DNA from: Intoshia linei
Lineage: Eukaryota; Animalia; Orthonectida
NCBI GenBank assembly: GCA_001642005.1
Contig: LWCA01000043.1
Coordinates: forward strand, 4,040-68,039
DNA length: 64,000 nt
Reading direction: 5' to 3'
How positions within the stretch are numbered: position 1 is the stretch's first letter; every line of letters begins with the position of its first letter. This document shows, one piece after another, positions 38,401-50,339 of this stretch. Under the pieces are notes generated by a model. The model did not search any database, was not told the DNA's origin, and saw only the letters and a list, made by a program, of their open reading frames with translations. Made by a program: the position numbers and the translations under genes.

Positions 38401-39750
38401 ACATTCTATTAAAAATTTTAATTTATAAAATTTTAAACAACCTTTTAAACAAATATTTGAACAAAATGTTTGCATAAATAATGGATTATTTTCGCAAAAT
38501 TTGAGTTTAATTTTCAATTGTTGACAGGCTTGGTTTAGTAGTTTGTATGCTAAAATTTAAATAATCATTATTATACATGAATTTTATTGTGGTTACATTT
38601 TATTTTATTTCTTTGATGGGTTGTATTATACTGAGTATTTAAAGGAATAATTAAAGAATATTTTTTTTGATCAAAGGATGAGTAAATATTAAAAGTATTA
38701 TTTTTATAATCTTGATTAGCAAACGTAAATAACTTGTGATTTAGTTTTTGAGTCGTGTCTTTTTTAATTAAATTCACTAATCTTTCATATAGAGTAAAAT
38801 GTGGTGAAAATTCTTTCATCTGATGAGTATCAAATGTATTACTTTGCAGAGTTTGCTTATTTGAATTTAATTCAAGAGTTAAAGTTTTTTGTGTTTTGAG
38901 CATTGATTTACTTGAGTTTAGGTTTTTCGAAATAAAGGGACTGGTTTTCATAAGGTAGTTCATAACGGGATCCGTTAATTTATGAGTATAATTGTCGTCT
39001 TCAAACCGAGAGGTAGAATTTTTAGACAAACTTGACATATTGACAGTAGTAGAAGAGTTTAATGAGGTTAGAGTAATATCAGGGAATAATGTAAATAATT
39101 TTTCTTGATTCACAATTTGAGTAGTATTTTTTATTCCAGCTCGGTCATTGCTTTCATTGTCTATTTTTTTCAAAATTATCAATGTAAACAAAATTTCGAT
39201 AATTTAATTTTAATTTACAATTGTTAAACAATACCACAGTATCCGCATGTTTGAGAACAAAAGGTTTTGAGGCTTTTTACATAGTATCGATGAGTACAAA
39301 AAGATTTGTAATTATCACAATCATTATACAAATTTTGACAACCTAAATATCATTAATTTTTAAGTGTTGATCGCTATTATAGTACCCAAATGTAAAATTT
39401 CTTTTTGTGTCGTAAAAGTTGGAAATTTCGTCGAGTATGATGAATCTAAATTTTATCTTATTTTTACGTTTACCAGAAAACGTATATCTACATTAATGAA
39501 AATGTTGAGTAAATATAATACAACAATAAATATAACGTGGGTATACAAATAAAAGATACCACAGTTACCACAGGTTTTTTTGCAATAATGTTTTATATTT
39601 TTGTGTTTACAATACTTTATATATTTATTGCAATTCTTCAAGTTATCTGTACATATTTTTCCAGTTGCTAAATTTTAAATTGTAATATAAATAAAATTGT
39701 ACAATTGTGGTGCCAAATATAAATATTGCAAGTGTAATAATTTAACTATA
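35469..39750 (-). CDS. Multi-ShK (ShKT) domain protein with Thr/Pro-rich mucin stalk and C-terminal CCxxC (PLAC-like) module; 5' end unresolved
   Basis: Single-exon six-Cys ShK units ending CKKTCGNC (~39650-39560), CSQTCGYC (~39345-39232), CKKTCNFC (~38405-38292), CKKTCGTC (~37682-37550) and CKKTCGKC (~35780-35661). Two 4-Cys partial units; Thr-rich exon 36270-35853; final exon ...QVCCKTCNT*. Confidence 0.85.
36575..36915. repeat. Dispersed ~30-bp minisatellite family (AAGGGTTGGTAAAATTGGATTTTTCC-like)
   Basis: Tandem degenerate units here; related arrays at ~13450-13590, 32850-32960, 39940-40190, 41740-41960, 58055-58570 and 61160-61330. Confidence 0.7.
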
Positions 39751-40809
39751 GAAAGGATGTTATACGAGTATGTGATTTGGACTTGGAATTGATTGTAATA
39801 TCGAATAATTTGTAGATAGGATTCGACATGTTTCATCTAGTTGGGATCCACTATGTTTTCGCAGTGGTTATCGATTTAAATAGTGTCCGGACCCGTTTCA
39901 AAATATTTATTTTTTTTGATTCCAAAAGAAACATGTCTTTGCATACAAGATTTGTAAAATTGGATTTTTCAAAAAAATATTGGAAAAAGGGTATTTTTTA
40001 TTTTGGATTAAGAAATTGTAGCTCATAAGATTTGGTAAAATCTGATTTTTCAAAAAAAATAGTGGAAAAAGGGGATTTTTAATTAAGAAATTGTTGCTTG
40101 TAAGATTTGGTAAAATCGGATTTTTCAAAAAAATATTGGAAAATGAGGACATTTTCCTTCAGGGGTTGGTAAAATTGAATTTTTATTTTGTGGTCCAATA
40201 AGAGGGTTCTTTATTTTAGGGTTTGGTAAGTCAATTTGTTAAAAAATAATCGTGTAATAAAATAAAGTGATGGTTTAAAATGGTATTTTTTATTAAATAT
40301 TATTAAATAGTGGTAGAAAAATGGGATTTTTGAAATTATAACTAGCGGTCGTCTAAGTTTTGCGATAAATTCCCAAAATCGGACAACTCTGTAATAAATA
40401 TTGAAACTTATCCTATGAAAATAAACCAAAGTTAATAACATTTTTTATATATTTCATTTAAATCTCACGGGCCCCATGCATATATTTGTGGACCTCAAGC
40501 GTTCTAGGAACTACTGGTTTACCGTTATGTGTAATTTCCTAAAAAAATTATTCAAATTGGTTAAGTTTGGACCCGGCCGGCCACTCTACATCGAAATTTT
40601 TCCCTAAAAAGTTTAAATTAAACTTTATATTCATAGTAAAATGTTATAAAAATTTGTAACAAATATAAAATTAATACATATAATTTAAAATTAGTATTGT
40701 CGCGTCATTTTATAAAATTGAAATACTTGACTAATCAATAAATCATCTACATTAAACATACTAATATAATACTACATCATAACACTATAGATTATTTTGA
40801 AAATGCAAG

Positions 40810-43800
40810 TTAAACAGATATAAATATTTCATTTAAGGTATAAAAAGTGGTAATATGTTGAATTAGTGTTTGTAAAATTTTTATAGTTGTAGTAACATGC
40901 TTAGATGTACTATGTGTTGGCAATTTTGTCGTCTTTGTCAAATACTTTGATTCAGTCTCTTAATTACATGTAAGATATTATAAAATGGCTCTCATTTTAC
41001 CGTTTTTAATTTCAAATAGGTACAATCCTTTTAAATGACAAGATTTGCAACAACCTTCTTTTATTTCTAAATTTGTAAAGCATCCATGTGGCATTTCAAA
41101 TGCCATTGAATCACAATTTTTATATTTGTCGATACAGCCTATAAATTAGGTTTATTTTTTAATGTTTATTATAATTATAAGTTATTATTTTTATTTTATA
41201 TAATATCATTTACAGCAGCCCAAAAATACCACAAAAAATTAGTACCCTTTAAAAAAAATTTTGATGGATTTGTTTATTTTACATGTGAATCTAATATATA
41301 TAAAATTTTTTGTGGCCCCCTATATTGATTAGTGATTGTGATTTCTCGGGAAATGACAAAAATCGAGAACCGGGAAATTAATTTTTAATTTTCCGGGAAA
41401 AGTAAATATTTTTATTCATATATAATATAGAAGCATTAAAAATTTTAGAGACCTTAATCAATTTTAGAAACAAAAAAAAATTTAATTAATGAAATAACAC
41501 GAATTTAGCTTGAAATTTACAAATTTAATTAGAAAAAAATGTATTTATTTTAGATTGTTGAAAAAATGTTTCAAAACACACATAATATTGATAGATTCGT
41601 CTTTTTAACGCGTTCTACGTTTTGTAACGAATTTAGAAACAGTAGAGAAATTTCTTTCATTTTGTGTTGACGTAGGTTAAACGGTCATAAGGGTTTCCTT
41701 TAATTTTAACAATATTGATGATAGCGTTCCAGTTCGTAACAACTCATAATATTTTTCAAAATAATATTGGAAAAAGAGGATAATTCCCTTAAGCGTTATT
41801 AATTTGTGGTTGGAATAAGAGGTTTTTAAAAAAGTATTGGAAAAAGGATATTTTTCCATTAAGGGCTGGAAAATTAAATTTTTTTGATAAGATTTTGTAA
41901 AATCGGATTTTTGAAAAGAATATCGGTGTAAGTCAATTTTTCCATGAGGGCTTGAAATGGTAAATTTTAAATATTATAATAGAATCATATTTTCATAGTA
42001 ATAACAAACATAAATCAAATACAGGTATGTTTCAATTTTTTTTTGGAAAATCCCGGGAAATCGTAAAAATTTTGGGAAATTTAATGTTCGGAAATTATTA
42101 AACATCCCGGGAATTTTGTCCCCATTTTTTCCCGGTACAATCACTATTAGTGACCCCCAAATAGAAAATTTTTGTCATGGTTTCTTGATTTTTTCAGTAT
42201 TTTTTCTCCTTTAGGCCATATGACTCCCGTTGGGAAACCCTGATCTAAACCACCATTATTAACAATTTCAAAGCCGATGTATCAAATATGATACATTACT
42301 TAAAAAGGCTCATAACTACTAACGCTATAAATATTTTGAAATTATTTTTTTGTCGTTTAATCTAGGATATAGTATATATTGTATACAATTTGAATTTCAT
42401 GTAGAATGATATAACTGCCTTTTATAAATACAGTGTAGTTAAAAATGAAAATTTTTAAATTTACAGTGGATACCTTAGAGCAGAATTTCTTAATCTTTTC
42501 TGAGTTTTAAATTAAAATTTTTCCATTTTTGCAGGATTATTGCCCCTTCCGAAAAAATTTATTATGGACTCTTTAATAATTAAAAATAAGCAAGATATAA
42601 TTAAATTTAAATTAAATGTTTCAATAAAAATTATTTATTATAATTATATACTTACCTTTTGGTACATAATTTGGTAACTTTGCATTTTCGCAATATTCTT
42701 GAGTTGTCTCTACATTTTTTATTAGATAATTATCTAATAGATTGCTAAAATAGCTACAAATTATCATTTTATTTAAATAAGTAAATCAATAAATCTAATA
42801 ATTTTTTTGGTTTTGAAAACTCTGATTATATTTTTAGTTGTAATATGTAATTATAATAAACCCAACGATTCTTTTTGTATACACAATCCTCTGATGCACC
42901 ACATTTCACTTGCACATGGAGTACCGTCCATTATGTATGTAGGAGGAATTTGTTTATAATGATTTTCTGTTAAATGTTTGCACGATAATTTGTAGCATAT
43001 TGATTCTTGTTTAGTTTTCTATAATTATTATCATATACAGTATATTATGTAGTACATAACTTAATTGTATATAACGGCATCTCTCTAGGTCGTCTAGCGA
43101 ATTTAGCGAATATAAACATTATAATACTAATAGTATTATACTATTAATTTTTATTAGAAATTTTACATACCTTGGCCCAGTCAACACAATAAACTGTTTC
43201 TAAAATGTATATCTTTGTAAAGGATTGACGAATTGTAGAGATTTAATAGATACTTCATGTACAAAATTTAATTATACCAATGGTAAATTTAAGCCAAAAA
43301 CATGAAATTAATTTTACGTTATAATATTTATAATATTTTCCAAACATTATTTGGCATTGCTTGTCTAAAGTGTACATTGTTCCAGGTAAATTTTTTACAA
43401 TTTCCTGTTCCGGTTCATAACAAGACTGATTCAACAAGCACGTTCTTGTGTATCTATATAAAGTATGTAATGAAAAAAACACATTTTTATACGAGCCTAC
43501 ACGACCATTTAATGTATCAATGAATGCTTGAATTGAACAATCCGAAAACGTGAACATGTTATCTTTTTTCAACACGTCTATAATTCCGCCACCAGGATGC
43601 ATAATGAAAAAAGAGGATTTTGGACAATCCTCACTAGGAAAGTCTCCGTCGTGTGTCGCTCCTAAACTAATTTTTTTAATTTCGATAAAACTAAATAAAA
43701 TTTCCAATGATTTCTGAGTCACCCGATTTCGGACCCAGGATGGAAATGTATAATCACAAATTAATTATACTTGTGAGCTAGCTCGTGACTGGCTGTGTCC

Positions 43801-46800
43801 CATGAACTGATTCCTCGATCATTTATAGTTGAAAATCCTTGCCTATATTTGCATATTCCTTTGTAATAAGCAAAACCTAATAATTAATGATCCAACCTTT
43901 CATTAAATTTTTTTTTTAATCTATAAAACTATTTAAAATTGCTCAGTGGGTTGCACTTTCCCCTTTGTTATAAAAAATGGTTGAATCTAGATTGAAATCA
44001 AGTCGAATTTTATTAAATATTATTAAAAACTATATTAAAAAGTAGTTTCTTTACAGGGCACAGAAAATTAAACGAGATTTGATTAATTTATCATGAACCG
44101 TGGTCTCTGGTCGATGGCTTTTTACACGTTTCAAATTGGTGAATTATTAGTGATCTATTTTATTTACCTATTGATTCTTTATCCAATTGATATCTAAACG
44201 TTATATAAACATTAAATAATTGCTTCTCCTGGGGTCACTCGTCATCAATAATTTTATTTAGTGTGAATATACAATTTTAAGATATTTAAGGTAAATTAAT
44301 AATTTTACAAAATTATATTGAAAAATTTATCTATTCAACCAAATCTTACCTAAATAATTAAATTGTACAAAAATTTCGAGTTTGAAGCATTTTTTGATTA
44401 AATCGCTTTTCACCAATATTTTTTTGAAAAATCCATTTTAACAAAATCACTTGATACAAAATCACTCTATCCAACCCAACATTCAGTTGTGATATTATCA
44501 TGGATTTTTGCTAATTAATCATATTATTGATTTTTTTACCAGATTTGTGGTGTCTTTAACCCATTATTAATCAAAAAAAATTTTCATTCTATTTTTATCT
44601 ATATTCAAGATAATTTTGGTTGGGTTTTTAAGGAAAGTTTTTTTTCACCAATTTTTAGAGATTTTAAGTTATTTTTGGTTCTAAAATTTGTAGGGTTTTT
44701 AAGAAAAGTTTTTTTCATTCAATTTTTAGAAATTTTGAAATTTTGGATACACAATTATTTTTACAAATTGAGTGAAAAAAAATTTCAATGAAGACCCAAA
44801 CATTTTCATGAGTTTTGAGTCAAAATTTATTGGTAATATTACTAATAACTATGTTTAAAACTTGTTTGTAAATTTTTTTTCATTTGATTAAAATCATATT
44901 CAATTTTGAGTTTTAACATGTATAAGATATCAGGTATAAGGGTAACCAAATCAGTTTCTAGTTTTCAAATAATTGCTTAATTTGAACATACCCAAATTCT
45001 ACCCTCTCTTGTTTAAATTGAAAAGGTTAGACTTTATTAACGAAATTTTTTAATAATAAATTTATACTTTGTCCAATGCATCAAATGATCTGGATTCCAC
45101 CAAGTATAATTATTTCCCAATGCCCATAAACCCAAATTATGTAATAATCTTCTAGTATGTAGTGTGTTGTGTTCATTTACACTTTTTGTCAAATATTCGC
45201 ATTGTTCTATGGTCTAAAGGTAAAATAAATTGAAGTTGATATAATGTACATTAGGGCTATTCCATTTTTCTAATATAAAAATGACATATACAGAAAATGA
45301 GCACCGCTTAATTTGCTGCAGAATGATATTAATATTTTTAATTTTATCCAATAGTACTTAAAAAATATTTGAGTCAAGCATTTAAATTATTTTGACACAG
45401 TTCATATAAATTCATGTCTTTTTTTGAGATTATATAATTTTTTTAAAAATTACGAAAAGTTTGTCAGTGTACTGTGTCTAAAATAAACGATTTTTTATTG
45501 ATTTTTTTTAATTAATATGATTAGTGTCACATAATTTGTTAAATTTTAAAATGTATGGCAATTACAGGAAAAAAAATGTTTATATATTTTTTTAGTATGA
45601 AAAATGTTAAGAAAACAGAAAAAAGTACAGACGCGGGGTTTTTTGTGACGAAAATAAAAATTTTTTATATTTTTATATCATTCTGCAGCAAATTAAATGG
45701 CGATTATTATCTATATATGTCTTTTTTAAATTTCAAATAGGAATAGCCCTAATGTACATTTAATATATACACATGTAACTTATAAACAACTTAATTTTAC
45801 CTTGTGAATAACAATTTTCTTAAAAATTGTCTTTATTTTAAATTTAAATTTTTCAGAATCGATAGAATTGAACGTCATAAAAATCTAAATTAAAAAAAAG
45901 ATTAAATAGACCGTGATTCCCAATGTTTGAAACTAACGAACAATTAAAAAATAAAACTTTATTTTTCAACAATTTTCGTCATTCACCCATTCATTTATTG
46001 GGAAACACTGAAATGAATGATTCGAATCATTATTAAAAATAATAAATCAGTATGAATTTACTCCATTCATAATATGCCCATAAGTATATCGAATTTCTTT
46101 TATTGTATTCAATTCATTAAATGTATTATTTTTTAAATACCTAAAAATTACTTTAATAACACTGTTAATAAAATGCACTTGCCAATCCCAAACAGAGTGA
46201 TCCAATAGAAATAAAATTTCAACATAATAAGTTTGATAAGTTTGATTTTGAAATGTTTTAAAGTTTTTTTTTTTTTTAGTTTTTTTATTAAACCTGCTTT
46301 TATGAGTCACATAATCATGTCTTTTTCCTAATTATGTTAAAATCATAAATTATAATGTAAATATTATGATGAAAGATATTAAAATTGTCACTTTCTGAGA
46401 TATTTTATAACCATAATCTAAAATTGGTTGGCAATGTTTTTAGAGGCCTGGCCGGATTACAAAAACTTTCACATGTATTTAGTAAACGTTCTAGCAAAAA
46501 TATTGAAAAATAACCATTCCATTTTAATTCTTATTTATTTATCTATCTAATAATATTTACACGATACAACTAAACACTAAAAATTTTGATTCAGTGTCGT
46601 ATGTCGGATCTAGGAAAACTTGATTCCAGAAAATTAGTTTTCTGAGGCGTTAATATTTAATAAATATAAAAATGATAATAACAAAGTTGTATTACTTTTA
46701 GTAATTCGTTTTTGTAATTTAAATTTTAAACAAAATGTTTTGAAAATGAGATATTGAGATTGAAAAATTGCGTAGCAATGAAAAAAATTCAGAAGGAATG

Positions 46801-48708
46801 AATTATATAGATTTTCACCCATATTTCTTTATTGGAAATGTGTAGAGGTTCAATACACACTTATTTTTGAAAATGTAGGATCATTATTTACATTTTCAAT
46901 TTTTATTTTAATCGAAATATTTGAAAAATATTGGTTGAATATATTAAAAGTATTTTTCACCCGGGAATGCGTAGATTTTTGGGGTTGAAATTTTGTATTT
47001 ATATCAACTGGAATAAGCTCTATCAAAATAATCTTATTTTTTTTAATTTTCCGATTATTGATTATTTCACATTTTTTGTTATAAAATATTTCGGAAAAAA
47101 AATATATGAATATATGGATACTAAAATGCTTTTTTGACCGTGAAGGCGTCACTTATTCAGATTGAAATTTTTTGTTATTAACATGATACAACTGTGCCAC
47201 CTGTAAATTTTTTTAAATTCTATGGCTGTTTTCATAAAAAAAAGGGTAATATGGGGTTTTGGCTCTAAAGATATATTTTGTTAAAATTTAAATTTATGAT
47301 TTTAAAATCCATATCAGAGTATTTATTTTTTTAAATTCTCGAATTCGTTTGATTTTCAAAAAAAGGACAATTGAAGTTTTGACCCATAAGATGTGAATTT
47401 AAGAATTTGAAATGTATGTTATTATTACTCCCGGAAAAAAATTTAATTGAAATGTGGACTTTATAAAATTTTAACACTGGTAGTATTGAAACAAACGGTA
47501 ACAGAGACACACATAAACAAATATTGCATAGCATATTATATAAGTAAGGATGTACTTGTATATTTTTCATTCCAATGCATGTCTTCTATATCAAGTGAAT
47601 AATAAAATTGATCAGATTCAATATTTTTGTTTGATTTTAAATTGTATATGTAATGTTCATGATAAAACGAACCCTCCTATTAACATAAAAATAATTACGT
47701 TATATCCTAACTCAAATCGAACCAATCTTCTGTGAATTTTTCCGGATGATGTAATTGACGTGCTCGATATTACCGCTTTATTAATTACATTGTAATAATG
47801 AGCACAATTCTTGATTATGTTAATTAGTTATTGGGTAAATAAATTAAATTAATTTTTGAAATGTAATCTTACTGAATTGATAGAACTTGGGTCCAATATA
47901 TTCACCCCATCTAAATCAATTGGTATAGTATTCGTTAGTTTTTCATTCTTTTTTAATTGTAAGTGTAATTCCATGTTTTTATTACTCAATAAAATATTTA
48001 ACACTTTGGGTGATGGATCATTTTTATCGCTTAAATCTAATATATTTACATTTTCCGAGTAATCTAAAATATTTAGTTAGTATATAAAATTACTGTATGA
48101 AATTACTAAAACCGTGAACTGTGCCTTAAATTTACGATTTTTTTTTTATTAATATGATATGTGTTACATGATTTATGTTATATCTTGAAATTATAACAAA
48201 TGCATGGCAACTACGAGGGGAAAAAGTTTGCGATATTTTTTTTTATAATGAAAAATGTTAAGAAAACAAAAAATGCTAAAGACGCGAGATTTTTTGTGAC
48301 GAAAATGAAAAAATTTATATCATTCTGCAGTAAATTAAATGGAGATTATTATATACATATGTCTTTTTTAAATTTCAAAAAAAGTCAAAATTAGAATAGC
48401 TCTAGTGTACACTGTACAGTTTTCTCTCTTTAGTTTGACAATGTTGTGGATTTACCTTATTTTAGCGAAATAGAGGAAATGTAACGATAAAAACAATATA
48501 GAATAATATAATTTTCATTAGCTTAATGATTAATGCATAAATGTATCTTTTTTACAGCTTGATCGCCCCTGTTGATAAAACAATTTTAAAAAATGGACGG
48601 CGATACTAGGTATTTGCTAGTTTTTGAGAGAAAACTGTAATAAAATTTTAGTTTTGATCAATATTTACCTCCACATATCAACAATCCAAAGATTAGAAAT
48701 AAAATCAT
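40810..48708 (-). CDS. ADAMTS-like M12B (reprolysin) zinc metalloprotease with prodomain, catalytic domain, disintegrin-like/Cys-rich module and PLAC-like domain
   Basis: Signal exon MILFLIFGLLICG (48708-48669); prodomain LHLQLKKNEKL; YVEILFLLDHSV; GFAYYKGIC; intact zinc motif HELAHN|LGATHD across an intron (43787-43650); Met-turn FIMHP; FSDCS; LPGTMYTLDKQCQIMFG; DGTPCASEMWCIRGLC; CIDKYKNC...GCCKSC. 3' end uncertain. Confidence 0.88.
41330..42146. mobile_element. MITE with TAGTGATTGT...ACAATCACTA TIRs and subterminal CCCGGGAAA motifs
   Basis: TIRs visible at both ends; a near-identical inverted copy lies at 61045-61704. Confidence 0.8.
45252..45751. mobile_element. hAT-type MITE, 500 bp
   Basis: TIR TAGGGCTATTCC...GGAATAGCCCTA with perfect 8-bp TSD ATGTACAT (45244-45251 and 45752-45759). 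Partial copies at ~48115-48404 and ~61742-61932. Confidence 0.9.
46900..47550 (-). mobile_element. Non-autonomous Helitron copy (5' end at 47550) inserted a few nt inside an ADAMTS-like intron donor
   Basis: Reverse complement A|TCCTTACTTATATAATATGCTATGCAATATTTGTTT matches the 5' end at 59198; internal blocks shared with 49400-49990, 56328-56720 and 59198-59668. Confidence 0.7.
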
Positions 48709-50339
48709 GATTAAATTTTTGAAATAATTTTGAAAATTTTTTTTTATTAATTAATCCACCAATTGTGATATTGTCAAATAAATATTTTCATTTATTGTTT
48801 AAATTAAATTTAATTAATTGTATATTAATGTTAATTACCGTTTGTAACGGAAAATACATACTTTTCATTGTTTATACACATGTATTTGATTGAACGTATA
48901 ACATTAAGAAATTATAAATTTTCGCTTAAATAAAAATGAAACGTGATACATGGTTATATAATTTATATTGTACTGTACGTAACGTGCATTATGAATTAAC
49001 AAATTAAATTATATACATGTATGTTTTTAAAAATTTGTATTAGTCTTGTTCAACTGGATATTATATGTACGTAGCTGTAAACTAGGATCCAAGGAAGGAT
49101 CCCATGTGCATATTTTTACACATTATGTAAATACAGTGAAGCCTCCACTATTCGTTAAAATCGAAAATTCAAAATTTTTACATATTAAGTAATTTACATT
49201 GTTAGTTAAAAATGTATTTCTGTTTGTTTGTCTGTTGGTCCAGTTTATTTAAGAAAGTAAGAGTAGTCGAGTTTTAAATATTCGATGTTACTATTACAGT
49301 TTTTCGAGAGTGTAGTTTTTATCGCAAATTTAATTTTTAGAAATTGAGTCTTTCAATGTCAAAAACCCGAAATATTTTTTTTTTAAATTCAAACCCGTCC
49401 TAGAATCATAAAAAATATACAATCTAATCAAGATTTTAAATTCATTAACATTATGATAATTTTCAATTTCAAAAGCTTATATTTCCACGGCCAAAACCCC
49501 ATATTACTTTTTTTTGTAAAAAATGGAAAAAGTTCTAGAATTGTATAAAACATAAATTCTAGGTTATTTTTTAAAATCATAAGCATCATCATAAATGACA
49601 ACCTCAAAAAGTGAATCTTCATAAAAATCCCAGATTACCCTTTTTTAAAAAAATCAAAACAATCCTAGAATTTTAAACCAAATTACACATCATACAGTTA
49701 TATTTAGTTAACATATACAAAAAATTTCAATCTGACAAAGTGACGCCTTCACGGTCTAAGAAGCACTTTAGTATTCATTTTTTTATTATGGAATTATTTT
49801 ATTAAAACAATAGATTTGAAATAATAAACGGTTGTACAATTAAAAAAAAATTATTCTTATACAGCTTATTCCAGTTGATGTAAATACAAAATTTCAACCC
49901 CAGAAATCTAAGCATTCCAGGTGAAAAATAATTTTTAATATATTATCAACCAATATTTTTCAAATATTTCGATTAAAATAAAAATGTAAATATTGATCCT
50001 ATTGTACACGTGTATTTAATTTATGACTAAAATAAAATAAATTTTAAAGTAAATATTTATTGGTAACAAGTTGACAATTAAATTTAAATACCCGTTAGGT
50101 ATTAAAATTTAAAATTACGGGTATTGAATTTTCGAATAAATTTTGATAAATCATTTATGTGCGACATATATATTATTTGAACTAAAAACTATCAAAGATA
50201 AGAGCATTATCAATTATCAATTAATGAAATAGGTTAGAATTTAATTAACGTTTTAAATGGCAACAGATAATACTAAATGAGGAATGATAAATGTGAGAGA
50301 TTGAAATTAAAGAATAAGGTATAATAAATTTGATAAAAA

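Noticed and set aside
39907-40152. Repetitive ORF (IFLKNPIL units) and CRISPR-like appearance of the ~30-bp arrays
   Set aside because: Translation of a degenerate minisatellite. No constant repeat with unique spacers, no cas genes, and a eukaryotic context.
45555-48394. Similar short ORFs at 45555-45740 and 48200-48394 as a small gene family
   Set aside because: Both lie within copies of the same hAT MITE.
48456-48518. Alternative signal-peptide exon (MKIILFYIVFIVTFPLFR*) for the protease
   Set aside because: In-frame stop and incompatible phase; the exon at 48708-48669 fits the phase.
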